A stretch of 64,000 bases of DNA. Source: Patescibacteria group bacterium. Lineage in GTDB: Bacteria > Patescibacteriota > Patescibacteriia > JBDRGY01. The stretch lies in the NCBI GenBank assembly GCA_043817315.1, contig JBDRGY010000004.1:797-64796 (forward strand). The letters run 5' to 3'. Positions 1 through 8,088 of the stretch are shown in pieces; the first letter of the stretch is position 1, and each line of letters starts with the position of its first letter. The position numbers were made by a program, and so were the translations under genes. The notes beneath the pieces were generated by a model, which was given only the letters and a program-made list of their open reading frames with translations, had not been told where the DNA came from and made no database searches.

Positions 1-215
1 TCTCCGCAGTCACTAAAGAGACAATCGACGGTCAGGCTGCCGCCATTGTAGAGGGAGAGTTAGACGATTCGGGTTTGGTTTTGGGTATCTTGATTGCCAT
101 CGTCCCCAAAGGCGAAAGCTATTTCATCATTACTGCTAACACCACTACGGAAAAATGGTCAGAATACAAACCGATTTTCTACGAGACGGTTCGCAGTTTT
201 GAATTCGAGTATTAA
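1..215 (+). CDS. 3' end of a hypothetical protein that runs off the window start (stop TAA at 213-215)
   Basis: Open frame from position 3 ending ...KPIFYETVRSFEFEY*. No recognisable family. Confidence 0.3.
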   Translation, partial: SAVTKETIDGQAAAIVEGELDDSGLVLGILIAIVPKGESYFIITANTTTEKWSEYKPIFYETVRSFEFEY

Positions 216-242
216 TAACCATTAACAATTAAATAGAAAACA

Positions 243-1010
243 ATGGCTGACGAGCAAAAAAAATCACCAGTTTTGATTATTGTCATTGTGATAGTAGTTC
301 TGGGAATAGCCATCGGTGTTTACTTTGCGATGAGTGGTGGAGAAGAAATAACTAACACAAATGTTGCTACTAATAGTTCTTCTACCAACACCAATCAGAC
401 AGCCACCAATACCGCAACCGATCCCTACGCCGATTTAATGCAGTATGATGACAAGACGATTGATATCACATCAGCTGACGGCAAGGTAACCGGTCAGATT
501 GCTATCAGCATTGATAAGACTCAAGAAATGCCCATAACAGTAGTTTACTTTATGAGAGTAGATGATGCTTTACCCCAAACCATAGCTGCTACCGGTGGCG
601 GGGCATCATATTACTATATAGCTAGTCATGCCCAAGAGGCAGACCTGAGGGCCGGGGACGGCACCGGTTCTCTTGGAGCAGCTTTCTGCAATGTTGATCA
701 GATCCCCGATGTATTAGCCTTGGCTCAGCAGCGTAGTATTGATGTTGATCTTTATCTAGGTTGTGATGCTCAGTATGAGGTGGGAAATTCAACTGAAACT
801 TTTTATCATATCTACTCCAGTTACTTTAATAATTACACCTGGGATTACAACAATGATGTAATTGGCAAGGATAAACTAGCCGTTTTTGACACTGCCCCTT
901 TCTATGAAGAGGAGGATTTTGAAGGCGTTCAAAGTTGGGGTGCCGATAATGAGACAGTGATCAGAGATGGAGAAGTTATGTCTCAATACGATTTGATTTT
1001 CACCGAATAA
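243..1010 (+). CDS. hypothetical membrane-anchored or secreted protein
   Basis: ORF with an N-terminal hydrophobic helix (VLIIVIVIVVLGIAIGVYFA) followed by an S/T/N-rich linker. No recognised catalytic motif. Confidence 0.5.
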   Translation: MADEQKKSPVLIIVIVIVVLGIAIGVYFAMSGGEEITNTNVATNSSSTNTNQTATNTATDPYADLMQYDDKTIDITSADGKVTGQIAISIDKTQEMPITVVYFMRVDDALPQTIAATGGGASYYYIASHAQEADLRAGDGTGSLGAAFCNVDQIPDVLALAQQRSIDVDLYLGCDAQYEVGNSTETFYHIYSSYFNNYTWDYNNDVIGKDKLAVFDTAPFYEEEDFEGVQSWGADNETVIRDGEVMSQYDLIFTE

Positions 1011-1032
1011 AGAATATTAATAATAAAACAAA

Positions 1033-1530
1033 ATGGCTAAACCAAAAAAACAAATCATGATCGTGGTCGCTATTGTGGTAATAGCTGGAGCAGCTGCCGG
1101 CACTTATTTCGGGTTGGATTATTTGGGTGAATCACGCCTGCAGAGATTCGAAGAGTTGCAAGATGAGCATACGGCCAAGGGAACAACTGTTGAGGCTAAT
1201 GTTAATGCAGTAGCCGTTGCCCTACAAGGGTTGGATTGGCAAACTGGTAAAACGGAAAGCCAGAAAACAATTACCAGCTTCCAAGAGGTCATAGAAATTG
1301 ATGAAGAGTTGGCCAAGCTAGCCAACCAACTTGATTTGGCAGAAGATGCAGCTAAATTCTCCAAACGCAAGGAGACCGAAGAAGTGATTATCGAATTCTA
1401 CCAGAAGACCATAGAATGTGCCGATTACGCCATTGCAGAAGACCAGACATCATTTGCCACCTGTGACACCGAGGCCGGGGAGATCTATGACAGATTTCTG
1501 GCCCTCAATGAAGAATTTAACACTTTGTAA
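1033..1530 (+). CDS. hypothetical membrane-anchored protein
   Basis: N-terminal TM helix (IMIVVAIVVIAGAAAGTYF) and an acidic helical C-terminal region. Translation only. Confidence 0.45.
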   Translation: MAKPKKQIMIVVAIVVIAGAAAGTYFGLDYLGESRLQRFEELQDEHTAKGTTVEANVNAVAVALQGLDWQTGKTESQKTITSFQEVIEIDEELAKLANQLDLAEDAAKFSKRKETEEVIIEFYQKTIECADYAIAEDQTSFATCDTEAGEIYDRFLALNEEFNTL

Positions 1531-1588
1531 TAATTATGCAGAATAGCAAAGAATCGCCTTTGAGGCGGTTTTTTGTTAAAATGAAAAC

Positions 1589-1954
1589 ATGAAAAAAGGT
1601 AATCTATCAGGACTGAAATGGCAGGAGCGGTTTGACTACGTCAAAAACGTTACTTTTAATGAAGACGATTTCAAAACAAAAGGAAGCAAGTTTCAAATCG
1701 TCAAGTTTCCGGCCGGTAAGCAAGTTGATCCACATTTCCACAAAACAAAGGTGGAAGTATTCTATGTCGTTAAAGGCCAGGGGATTATCAAAATCAATGA
1801 TCAAGAATTTCGATGCCAACCCGACGATTTCTTTTTAATAGAAAGAGGTGATGTTCATCAGATAATAAATGATACGGATGAAGATTTTATCATGTTAGTT
1901 TTTCGCACTAACGAAATTCAAGAAGATTTACATTGGCACAATGAAGAAAAATAA
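1589..1954 (+). CDS. cupin-domain protein
   Basis: HFHKTKVEVFYVVKGQG...LIERGDVHQIIN matches the two-motif cupin_2 pattern. Confidence 0.6.
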   Translation: MKKGNLSGLKWQERFDYVKNVTFNEDDFKTKGSKFQIVKFPAGKQVDPHFHKTKVEVFYVVKGQGIIKINDQEFRCQPDDFFLIERGDVHQIINDTDEDFIMLVFRTNEIQEDLHWHNEEK

Positions 1955-2378
1955 GACCAAACTAAAATCAGAGCTTATCGCTCCTTGTGGCATGAATTGC
2001 GGTTTGTGCAAGGCTTATATGGGTTTCGCTCTGGATATGACAAAAGACCAGAGAAAAAAACATGGGGTTGGTCAGTGTTCGGGTTGCCGGGCTAGAGGTA
2101 AGATGTGTGCCTTTTTAAAGAGAGATTGTTTCTCGTTAAAAAATAATAAAATAAAATTCTGTCATCAGTGTAAGAAGATGCCTTGTCAAAACCTGATCCG
2201 TTTAGATAAAAGCTATAAGGAGAAATACCAATACAGTTTTGTTAGTAATCAAGAACAGATAAAGAAGCAGGGGATCAAGAGGTTCCTGGCCAGTCAGGAA
2301 AGAAAATATCGGTGCCCAAAATGCGGAGGATTAATTTGTATCCATGATAAAAAGTGCTATTATTGTAGAGTAAGATAA
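1941..2378 (+). CDS. small Cys-rich protein (DUF3795-like, putative metal-binding)
   Basis: CGMNCGLCKAY...CSGCRARG...CHQCKKMPC...CPKCGGLICIHDKKCYYC. Multiple CxxC pairs. Confidence 0.5.
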   Translation: MKKNKTKLKSELIAPCGMNCGLCKAYMGFALDMTKDQRKKHGVGQCSGCRARGKMCAFLKRDCFSLKNNKIKFCHQCKKMPCQNLIRLDKSYKEKYQYSFVSNQEQIKKQGIKRFLASQERKYRCPKCGGLICIHDKKCYYCRVR

Positions 2379-2395
2379 TTAATTAAGAAAATACA

Positions 2396-3115
2396 ATGGA
2401 CACTAAATATGCCTATTTAGTCGGCAGTCTATTCTTCCTGGCAGTCTGGATAGTAATTTTTGCGCTAAAAAAAGAAACCCGGAAAGAGATGACTATTATC
2501 AGCTTTTTCTTCCTGCCTGTGGTACCGATTTTAGAGTATCTTCACATCAAAGACTATTGGATACCCGGTTTTATTTGGGGAAATTTCTTTGGGGTTGAAG
2601 ATTTTATTTTTGCCTTTTCCTTTGCCGGAATTGCCTCGGTAATCTATCAGGTGGTATTTAAAAAAAGAAAAGAAACCCTTAAGAAATATCTGGTAATTCC
2701 TAAGGTAAGGAAAAACTGGCCCGCCTACCTGATATTTTTCGGGGGCATGGTTTTTATGATATTTTCCTTCTTTTACTTTATGCTAGGAGTCAATTCTGTG
2801 ATTGCCCTCATCTTCGCTTTTTTGTTCGCCGGACTGTATATGATAATGCAGAGAAGAGATTTGCTGGTTAACGCCATATTTTCCGGCTTGTTGATGTCCT
2901 TGCTTTTTTTCCTTTTCTATTTTGTTTTATTCCTAAGACTTTACCCGGACATTATTGAAAGATGGTGGCAGATCTCTGATCTTTCCGGCAACATGATTTA
3001 TGGGCTACCGATCGAAGAAGTTGCCTGGGCTTTTGCCTTTGGTTTTATGTTTGGACCGCTTTACGAATTCGTGTGCCATTTAACCCTGAAAAAGGTAGAC
3101 CAAAACGATATATGA
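2396..3115 (+). CDS. polytopic integral membrane protein (unknown function)
   Basis: Six to seven hydrophobic helices across the ORF. Ends in a 4-nt overlap (ATGA) with the next gene. Confidence 0.5.
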   Translation: MDTKYAYLVGSLFFLAVWIVIFALKKETRKEMTIISFFFLPVVPILEYLHIKDYWIPGFIWGNFFGVEDFIFAFSFAGIASVIYQVVFKKRKETLKKYLVIPKVRKNWPAYLIFFGGMVFMIFSFFYFMLGVNSVIALIFAFLFAGLYMIMQRRDLLVNAIFSGLLMSLLFFLFYFVLFLRLYPDIIERWWQISDLSGNMIYGLPIEEVAWAFAFGFMFGPLYEFVCHLTLKKVDQNDI

Positions 3116-3780
3116 AGCTGACCCTGGCCAATATAAAAAAATCTCCCCAAGTCAAAGCCTACATCGAACAAACCGATCGTGCTTTCAAGGGGCAGGGGTA
3201 TACTGATCATGGTTTCAGGCACGCTAATCTGGTGGCCGATCGAGCCAGTTCTATAGCTCGCAAGGTGGGTCTGGCCAAAAGAGAACAGGAACTATGTGCT
3301 ATTGCCGGATATGTTCATGATATTGGCAATTTTATCGGGCGGATGTATCACCAGAAGTATGGAGCTATACTTTTTCTCCAACTATTTAACAAAGAGAAAG
3401 CCAACCTCAAAGATACCATGGCCATTACCGAGGCCATTATTGCTCACGACCATCATGAAGTCTGGATTCCTTCCAAGATTGGTGCCGTGGTCATTTTGGC
3501 TGATAAAAGTGATGTCCACTGGAGTAGGGTGATTGAAAAAGAAGCCAAGAATCTGGAAACTGATATCCATGATCGAGTCAATTTCTCGGTCAGTAAAAAC
3601 GATTTATACGTTTATCCCCAGAAGAAAGTGATTGAGCTGAAAATCAAGATTAACACCAAGATGACTGATGTAGCTGAATACTTCGAGATATTTACCGGCA
3701 GGATGCATTATGTACGCCAGGCCGCAGAGTATTTGGGGTATAAATTTAGTTTAGTGATAAATAATTCCAAGCTAGCATAG
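3112..3780 (+). CDS. HD-domain phosphohydrolase
   Basis: HGFRHANLV ... HDIGNFIGR ... AHDHHE His/Asp motifs. Start moved to the internal ATG at 3112 (MKLTLANIKK), which overlaps the upstream stop. Confidence 0.55.
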   Translation: MKLTLANIKKSPQVKAYIEQTDRAFKGQGYTDHGFRHANLVADRASSIARKVGLAKREQELCAIAGYVHDIGNFIGRMYHQKYGAILFLQLFNKEKANLKDTMAITEAIIAHDHHEVWIPSKIGAVVILADKSDVHWSRVIEKEAKNLETDIHDRVNFSVSKNDLYVYPQKKVIELKIKINTKMTDVAEYFEIFTGRMHYVRQAAEYLGYKFSLVINNSKLA

Positions 3781-3782
3781 TA

Positions 3783-4604
3783 ATGGATAAAAAACCGAAC
3801 TGGAAACCGACCAAAGCAGAGTATTGGCAATATCTTCCAGCACCCGCACGCCCCTGGCCGAGCGAAGTTGCTTGGTTTGAGAAATACGCTCTTAAGAAAA
3901 AAGAGGAAGGCTTAAAAGATGTTTTAATTTTGGGTTCAACCGTGGAGTTTCGAGCCATGCTCCATAAACACAAAATGAATGTACATGTTGTCGATTTTTC
4001 TAAAGAATTCTACGAGACACTTTCAAGGCAGAAAATGAAATTCAGAAGGGAAGAGGTATTCTATGAACAAAACTGGGTGACAATGGATCTAGGCAAGAAG
4101 TTTGATCTAATTTTTGGTGATTGGGTGCCGGGAGTTTTATACACCAAAGATTACGACAAATTTTATATAAACATAATAAAACACCTAAACAATAAAGGAC
4201 TATTCATCGGCAGAGAATGTTTAAGGCCAAATAAGAATCCGGTTGACCTGGAAAAAGTAGCCAAAGAACACTATAAAAAATACGCTAGCCGGTATTCATT
4301 TTACGAGACCTCAGCCCAATATGCCTATGGTTTTAGCCCGGATCCTGTCACTTCCATGTGGAATATTACCAAAGCCCAGAAAGCCCTTGATGATGTTTAC
4401 AAAAAGAATCTTATGGAAAAAGATGACTTCGATTTTATGACCAAGGCACTTTCTTTTGAGAGTGACGGCAGTATGTCAATAATGGTTAAAGAAGACTTTG
4501 AGAAAGAGATAAAGAAGTATTTCAATATTTTTACAGTTCATCATGTTGAAGAACCATCTTCTGATTGGTTTCCCATTTATGTCCTACAGAAAAAGGGGAA
4601 CTAG
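3783..4604 (+). CDS. hypothetical protein, possible Rossmann-fold methyltransferase-like
   Basis: VLILGSTVEF ... VHVVDFSKEF ... FDLIFGDWV resembles class-I methyltransferase motifs I, II and IV. Weak. Confidence 0.4.
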   Translation: MDKKPNWKPTKAEYWQYLPAPARPWPSEVAWFEKYALKKKEEGLKDVLILGSTVEFRAMLHKHKMNVHVVDFSKEFYETLSRQKMKFRREEVFYEQNWVTMDLGKKFDLIFGDWVPGVLYTKDYDKFYINIIKHLNNKGLFIGRECLRPNKNPVDLEKVAKEHYKKYASRYSFYETSAQYAYGFSPDPVTSMWNITKAQKALDDVYKKNLMEKDDFDFMTKALSFESDGSMSIMVKEDFEKEIKKYFNIFTVHHVEEPSSDWFPIYVLQKKGN

Positions 4605-4619
4605 ATGCCTCCAGAAGAA

Positions 4620-4644
4620 ACAGGGCGAAACACCCTGTTTTTTG
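4620..4644 (+). terminator. rho-independent terminator
   Basis: ACAGGG-cgaaacac-CCCTGT hairpin followed by TTTTTT. Confidence 0.6.
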
Positions 4645-4737
4645 CATTTGACAGATTATTAGTGAAGGAATAAGGTCATATACTAGAGGAATGACAGATC
4701 TTTGACAGAGTTTGGCTAGCTAGAGCCAAAAAGGAGG

Positions 4738-4927
4738 TGGTAACTTCAATACTGATCCTGAATTCTGGGACATGTCAGCTGACGACTACCACTTGTCAGC
4801 CACTTCACTCTGCCTGCCCGGCAACCATCCTGGTGGATGTAATGCCGAGTTGATCGGTGCTTATCCAGCTGATCTGACTCTAGTGGAATACCGATCCTGG
4901 GGGAGTATCAAGGCCATGTATCGTTGA
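4738..4927 (+). pseudogene. orphan 3' cassette or short ORF ending in the island C-terminal motif (...VEYRSWGSIKAMYR*)
   Basis: Frame open from the TAG at 4721. Strong SD AAGGAGG at 4731-4737 but no canonical start nearby (first ATG at 4772). The last 14 aa match the C-termini of the two downstream genes. Confidence 0.35.
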
Positions 4928-4977
4928 GCCTTTTAAGGTTACTGAAGGGTTGGCAACCAGTGAAAGGAGGTTAGGTC

Positions 4978-5727
4978 ATGTTTAGGCATCGAACATTCAT
5001 CTTTTTGATGGTGATGGCGTGTGTGACATTCGGGGCAGAGGCAACTGGACAGAGTGAGCAGTCCGGCCGCGAGTTGGTTTACGCGGAGGATTTCTCGTCA
5101 GACCCCGGCTACGACTCGATGCAGGATCTCTATGCCTTCTGGGATGCATCAGGCGGCAGCTACTTTGCACTCTCGCTGGACGTCAGTTCTGGCCTGGGAC
5201 GATACATGGGATACAGCCCGGAGTTCACAGTCGTCGCGGGCGACTTCACGGTGTCGTTTGACCTGATGGTTCTGGCTCAGGACTGGGGGTGTTATCCCGG
5301 TATCGTTTTTCAGAACACGAATGTACCGGATCCTGCCCAGCCCGATGGGTATCACGTCACCTTCTATGCCAAGTTTTTGTGGAGCGACCATGAAGTGCGC
5401 AAGTTCGCGATCATGCCAGATCAGGGGGAGTACCTTTTGACCCCGAGCTCGCCGAACGTCGGAGAGTGGTACCACTTCGAGGTGGTCTACCACTCCGGCA
5501 GTCAAACCGTCGATTGGACGATTGAGTCAGGCGGAGTGTTCTACCAGGTTGTCGGTGTCTCCTTTCCCCTGTCGACGGGTTTCAACAGGCTCTATATAGG
5601 TGAGATCACTCAGCCTCCTAAATATGGGGAGCAGACGGCGATCCGGGTGGATAATATCTCCGTATGGACCGGGATGGTTCCTGTAGAAAAGACGAGCTGG
5701 GGCAGTGTTAAGGCCATGTATCGTTAG
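4978..5727 (+). CDS. secreted protein, jelly-roll (LamG/DUF1080-like) domain, with conserved C-terminal WGSVKAMYR tail
   Basis: Signal peptide (FIFLMVMACVTFGAEA). SD AAAGGAGG 8 nt upstream. GC-rich codon usage unlike the flanks. C-terminus ...VEKTSWGSVKAMYR*. Confidence 0.6.
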   Translation: MFRHRTFIFLMVMACVTFGAEATGQSEQSGRELVYAEDFSSDPGYDSMQDLYAFWDASGGSYFALSLDVSSGLGRYMGYSPEFTVVAGDFTVSFDLMVLAQDWGCYPGIVFQNTNVPDPAQPDGYHVTFYAKFLWSDHEVRKFAIMPDQGEYLLTPSSPNVGEWYHFEVVYHSGSQTVDWTIESGGVFYQVVGVSFPLSTGFNRLYIGEITQPPKYGEQTAIRVDNISVWTGMVPVEKTSWGSVKAMYR

Positions 5728-5754
5728 ACACGTCAGTGTCAGAGAGGAGGAAGT

Positions 5755-6462
5755 ATGAGACGGGCCTGTCTTACTCTTACGCCGCTGCTGATCATCATTT
5801 TTAGCTGGAGCCTGTGTCTGGCGGACGGTGGTACGGTTTTCTTCATCGTCGACGGTGAGACAGTGGCACAGCTGGAGTGCCAGGAGTTTCCCATGGCCAA
5901 GCCGATCAAGCTGGCTGGCCGAAGTGGCGGTTCTGGCTGCTATCAACGCTCCGGGTTGATCGACAACGTTTACGTCGAACTGGGTGAAACCGGAGTAGTC
6001 TGCAACGAGGATTTCCAGTGCTTCGAGGTAGGTGGCTGGGTTCTCTACGGTGAACCTTCGCCGGTTATCCTGCTTGACTTCGGTAACCCATTACCCTGTC
6101 TGATGACTTCAGGCGACAGTTGGTACGACAGTGGCATATGTTCTGAAGCCCTCTACAATTGGTCAGCCGGATTCCACTTTGCCGCTTATGCTCACGTCGA
6201 TCAACAGGCGGCTTTTCACTCGGTGGAGATGGGAATCGCCGACCAGGATGCCCCCACTGATGAAGGTATCGGTCACGTCATTGGGGTCAATTGGAAAACC
6301 TCTGGCCAAGGCGACTACATCCTGCAGCTGGATACGGACATAGAAACCGTGCAGGTTCCAGCTCCGAGTTGCGGACAGTGGCACTGGATCGAGATCATCG
6401 GTATTCCTACTACCTCAGTCGAGAGTACGGACTGGGGTAGTATCAAAGCGTTATATCGTTAG
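5755..6462 (+). CDS. secreted Cys-containing protein with conserved C-terminal WGSIKALYR tail
   Basis: Signal peptide (LTLTPLLIIIFSWSLCLADG). SD GAGGAGG. GC-rich. C-terminus ...VESTDWGSIKALYR*. Not obviously homologous to 4978..5727 apart from the tail. Confidence 0.6.
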   Translation: MRRACLTLTPLLIIIFSWSLCLADGGTVFFIVDGETVAQLECQEFPMAKPIKLAGRSGGSGCYQRSGLIDNVYVELGETGVVCNEDFQCFEVGGWVLYGEPSPVILLDFGNPLPCLMTSGDSWYDSGICSEALYNWSAGFHFAAYAHVDQQAAFHSVEMGIADQDAPTDEGIGHVIGVNWKTSGQGDYILQLDTDIETVQVPAPSCGQWHWIEIIGIPTTSVESTDWGSIKALYR

Positions 6463-6470
6463 CTCTTTAC

Positions 6471-6497
6471 GGGGTGACCGAAGTCACCCCTTTTCTT
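6471..6497 (+). terminator. rho-independent terminator
   Basis: GGGGTGAC-cgaa-GTCACCCC followed by TTTTCTT. Confidence 0.65.
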
Positions 6498-6501
6498 ATC
6501 T

Positions 6502-6532
6502 AAAAAAAGAGTGCTAAAGGTTTTTAGCACTC
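6502..6532 (-). terminator. rho-independent terminator for the minus-strand tRNA unit
   Basis: GAGTGCTAAA / TTTAGCACTC 10-bp stem. The A-run on plus gives a U-run on minus. Confidence 0.5.
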
Positions 6533-6558
6533 AGGAATATTCTTTTAAGGTAATTTAC

Positions 6559-6635
6559 TGGTCGGAGTGGGGGGACTTGAACCCCCGACCTCAGCGTCCC
6601 GAACGCTGCGCGCTAGCCATCTGCGCCACACTCCG
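6559..6635 (-). tRNA. tRNA-Pro (anticodon CGG)
   Basis: Reverse complement: CGGAGTG TG GCGC AGATGGCTA GCGC G CAGCG TTCGGGA CGCTG AGGTC GGGGG TTCAAGT CCCCC CACTCCG A CCA. Cloverleaf with 7-bp acceptor, T-loop TTCAAGT and encoded CCA. Confidence 0.85.
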
Positions 6636-6878
6636 TTAGAAATTTTTGTTATCTAACCACTTTCTACCAACACCAGATTTCAGGAACCTTTCCCTTTTGG
6701 CGGCTTCTTCTTTTGTTTTGAATTTCTCATAATACATTAGCCAGAACGGTCCATTTTGTCTTGTCCATTTATTTGATCCGTTGTTATGTTCATATAGCCG
6801 TATCTTTGGTGACTTCTTTGTATACCCCACATAACGTTTTTTGTTTTTTGTGCTTCTAAGTACGTAGACATTATACAT
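6636..6878 (-). CDS. GIY-YIG domain protein (YhbQ/UPF0213-like small nuclease)
   Basis: VYVLRS...RYVGYT...RLYEHN matches the GIY-YIG core. Directly abuts the tRNA-Pro. Confidence 0.7.
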   Translation of the reverse strand: MYNVYVLRSTKNKKRYVGYTKKSPKIRLYEHNNGSNKWTRQNGPFWLMYYEKFKTKEEAAKRERFLKSGVGRKWLDNKNF

Positions 6879-6991
6879 TGTTCTTTGATTATTCTAGCCC
6901 CCGCCAGAGGCGGGTCCGCCTTCGGCGGAATCTGCGCTACACCCCGATATGACTATTTTATCAAATCTGGTCTTAAAAAAGAAGCCCGGGA

Positions 6992-7224
6992 TTATGATAA
7001 CTCCCGGGCGGTTCTGGAACGACGGAACAAGAGGCACAGAGGAAAGAAGATCGGCCAGCCGACAGTGCAGAAGAATCTAATGTCGTATTCCTCGCTGTGT
7101 GCCCGGTGCTCGGTCTTTCTATCCGGCCAGGGTACGTCGGCAAACAGGTACTGATAAGAGAGTCGCATGCCGATGAACCAGACTGCCAGCAGGGCATAGG
7201 ACACCACCATACCAATTGGCGACA
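6992..7224 (-). CDS. small two-TM membrane protein, GC-rich, strong SD
   Basis: Start placed at the internal ATG (MSPIGMVVSYALLAVWFIG...) preceded by AAGGAGG 5 nt upstream. GC-rich, like the island genes. Confidence 0.45.
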
Positions 7225-7390
7225 TTTTGCCTCCTTTCCGTCTGAGTAAAGGAACGATTAAAAATGTTAACAAAAAGGATTGTTTTTGTCAATAAATTAG
7301 AGAAATTGAGACATATTGACCGAATTAGCTATTTGTAATAGACTTATAATTGATATTTAATAACAATCTGAAATTTCCGTTTTTTTATCT

Positions 7391-8071
7391 ATGAAAAAAG
7401 TACCGAATCACTTAGGTATAATCATGGACGGTAATCGCCGTTGGGCCAGAAATAGGGGTTTACCCACTTTGGAGGGCCATCGGAGAGGATACAATAAGGT
7501 CAAAAAGGTAGGAGACTGGTGTTTAGACAGGGGTATTAAAATCCTGACTGTTTACGCCTTTTCTACCGAGAATTGGAATAGAAGCAAGAAAGAAGTGGGT
7601 TATTTGATGAAATTACTTAAAAAGGCTCTGACTGATGATATTCAAGAAATGCACCAGAAAAATATCCAAGTCAGAGTAATTGGCCGTGTCTCTCAATTGT
7701 CCAAAGATTTACAAAAGGCGGTTAGAGATGCCGTTAAACTTACCAAAAAGAACACCAAGGGCATTCTCAATATAGCCCTCAATTACGGGGGCCGACCGGA
7801 GATTGTTGATGCTATCCGCAAAGTAGTCAGAAAAAAAGTACCTATCACCGAAGCGGCCATTGCCGATAATCTGTATACCGCCGGTTTGCCTGATCCGGAT
7901 CTGATAATCCGTACTTCCGGAGAATACCGCTTATCCAACTTCTTAACTTGGCAGGCATCTTATTCTGAGCTGATGTTCATCGATAAGCATTGGCCTGCTT
8001 TTACCGAAAAGGATTTGGATAAAGCTATCAAAGAATATCAAAAGAGAAACCGCCGCTTTGGCGGAAACTAA
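7391..8071 (+). CDS. uppS: undecaprenyl diphosphate synthase
   Basis: HLGIIMDGNRRWAR ... TVYAFSTENWNR ... ALNYGGRPEI. Canonical cis-prenyltransferase motifs. Confidence 0.9.
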   Translation: MKKVPNHLGIIMDGNRRWARNRGLPTLEGHRRGYNKVKKVGDWCLDRGIKILTVYAFSTENWNRSKKEVGYLMKLLKKALTDDIQEMHQKNIQVRVIGRVSQLSKDLQKAVRDAVKLTKKNTKGILNIALNYGGRPEIVDAIRKVVRKKVPITEAAIADNLYTAGLPDPDLIIRTSGEYRLSNFLTWQASYSELMFIDKHWPAFTEKDLDKAIKEYQKRNRRFGGN

Positions 8072-8088
8072 AACAAAGACAAAAATAA

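Noticed and set aside
1119-1838. Short ORFs 1119..1370(-), 1607..1819(-) and 1632..1838(+) overlapping the cupin and membrane-protein genes
   Set aside because: They lie antisense or out of frame within better-supported genes, and have no RBS or family signal.
3296-3570. ORFs 3296..3532(+) and 3382..3570(-) inside the HD-domain gene
   Set aside because: Overlapping alternative frames of a motif-supported CDS.
5054-5946. ORFs 5054..5266(+), 5149..5505(-) and 5527..5946(-) in the GC-rich islet
   Set aside because: GC-rich DNA yields long spurious antisense frames. The sense genes have SDs, signal peptides and the shared C-terminal tail.
6885-7273. ORFs 6885..7154(+), 6973..7215(-) and the long form 6992..7273(-)
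   Set aside because: The plus and alternate minus frames overlap the SD-supported 77-aa membrane protein. I kept only the internal-ATG version (6992..7224).
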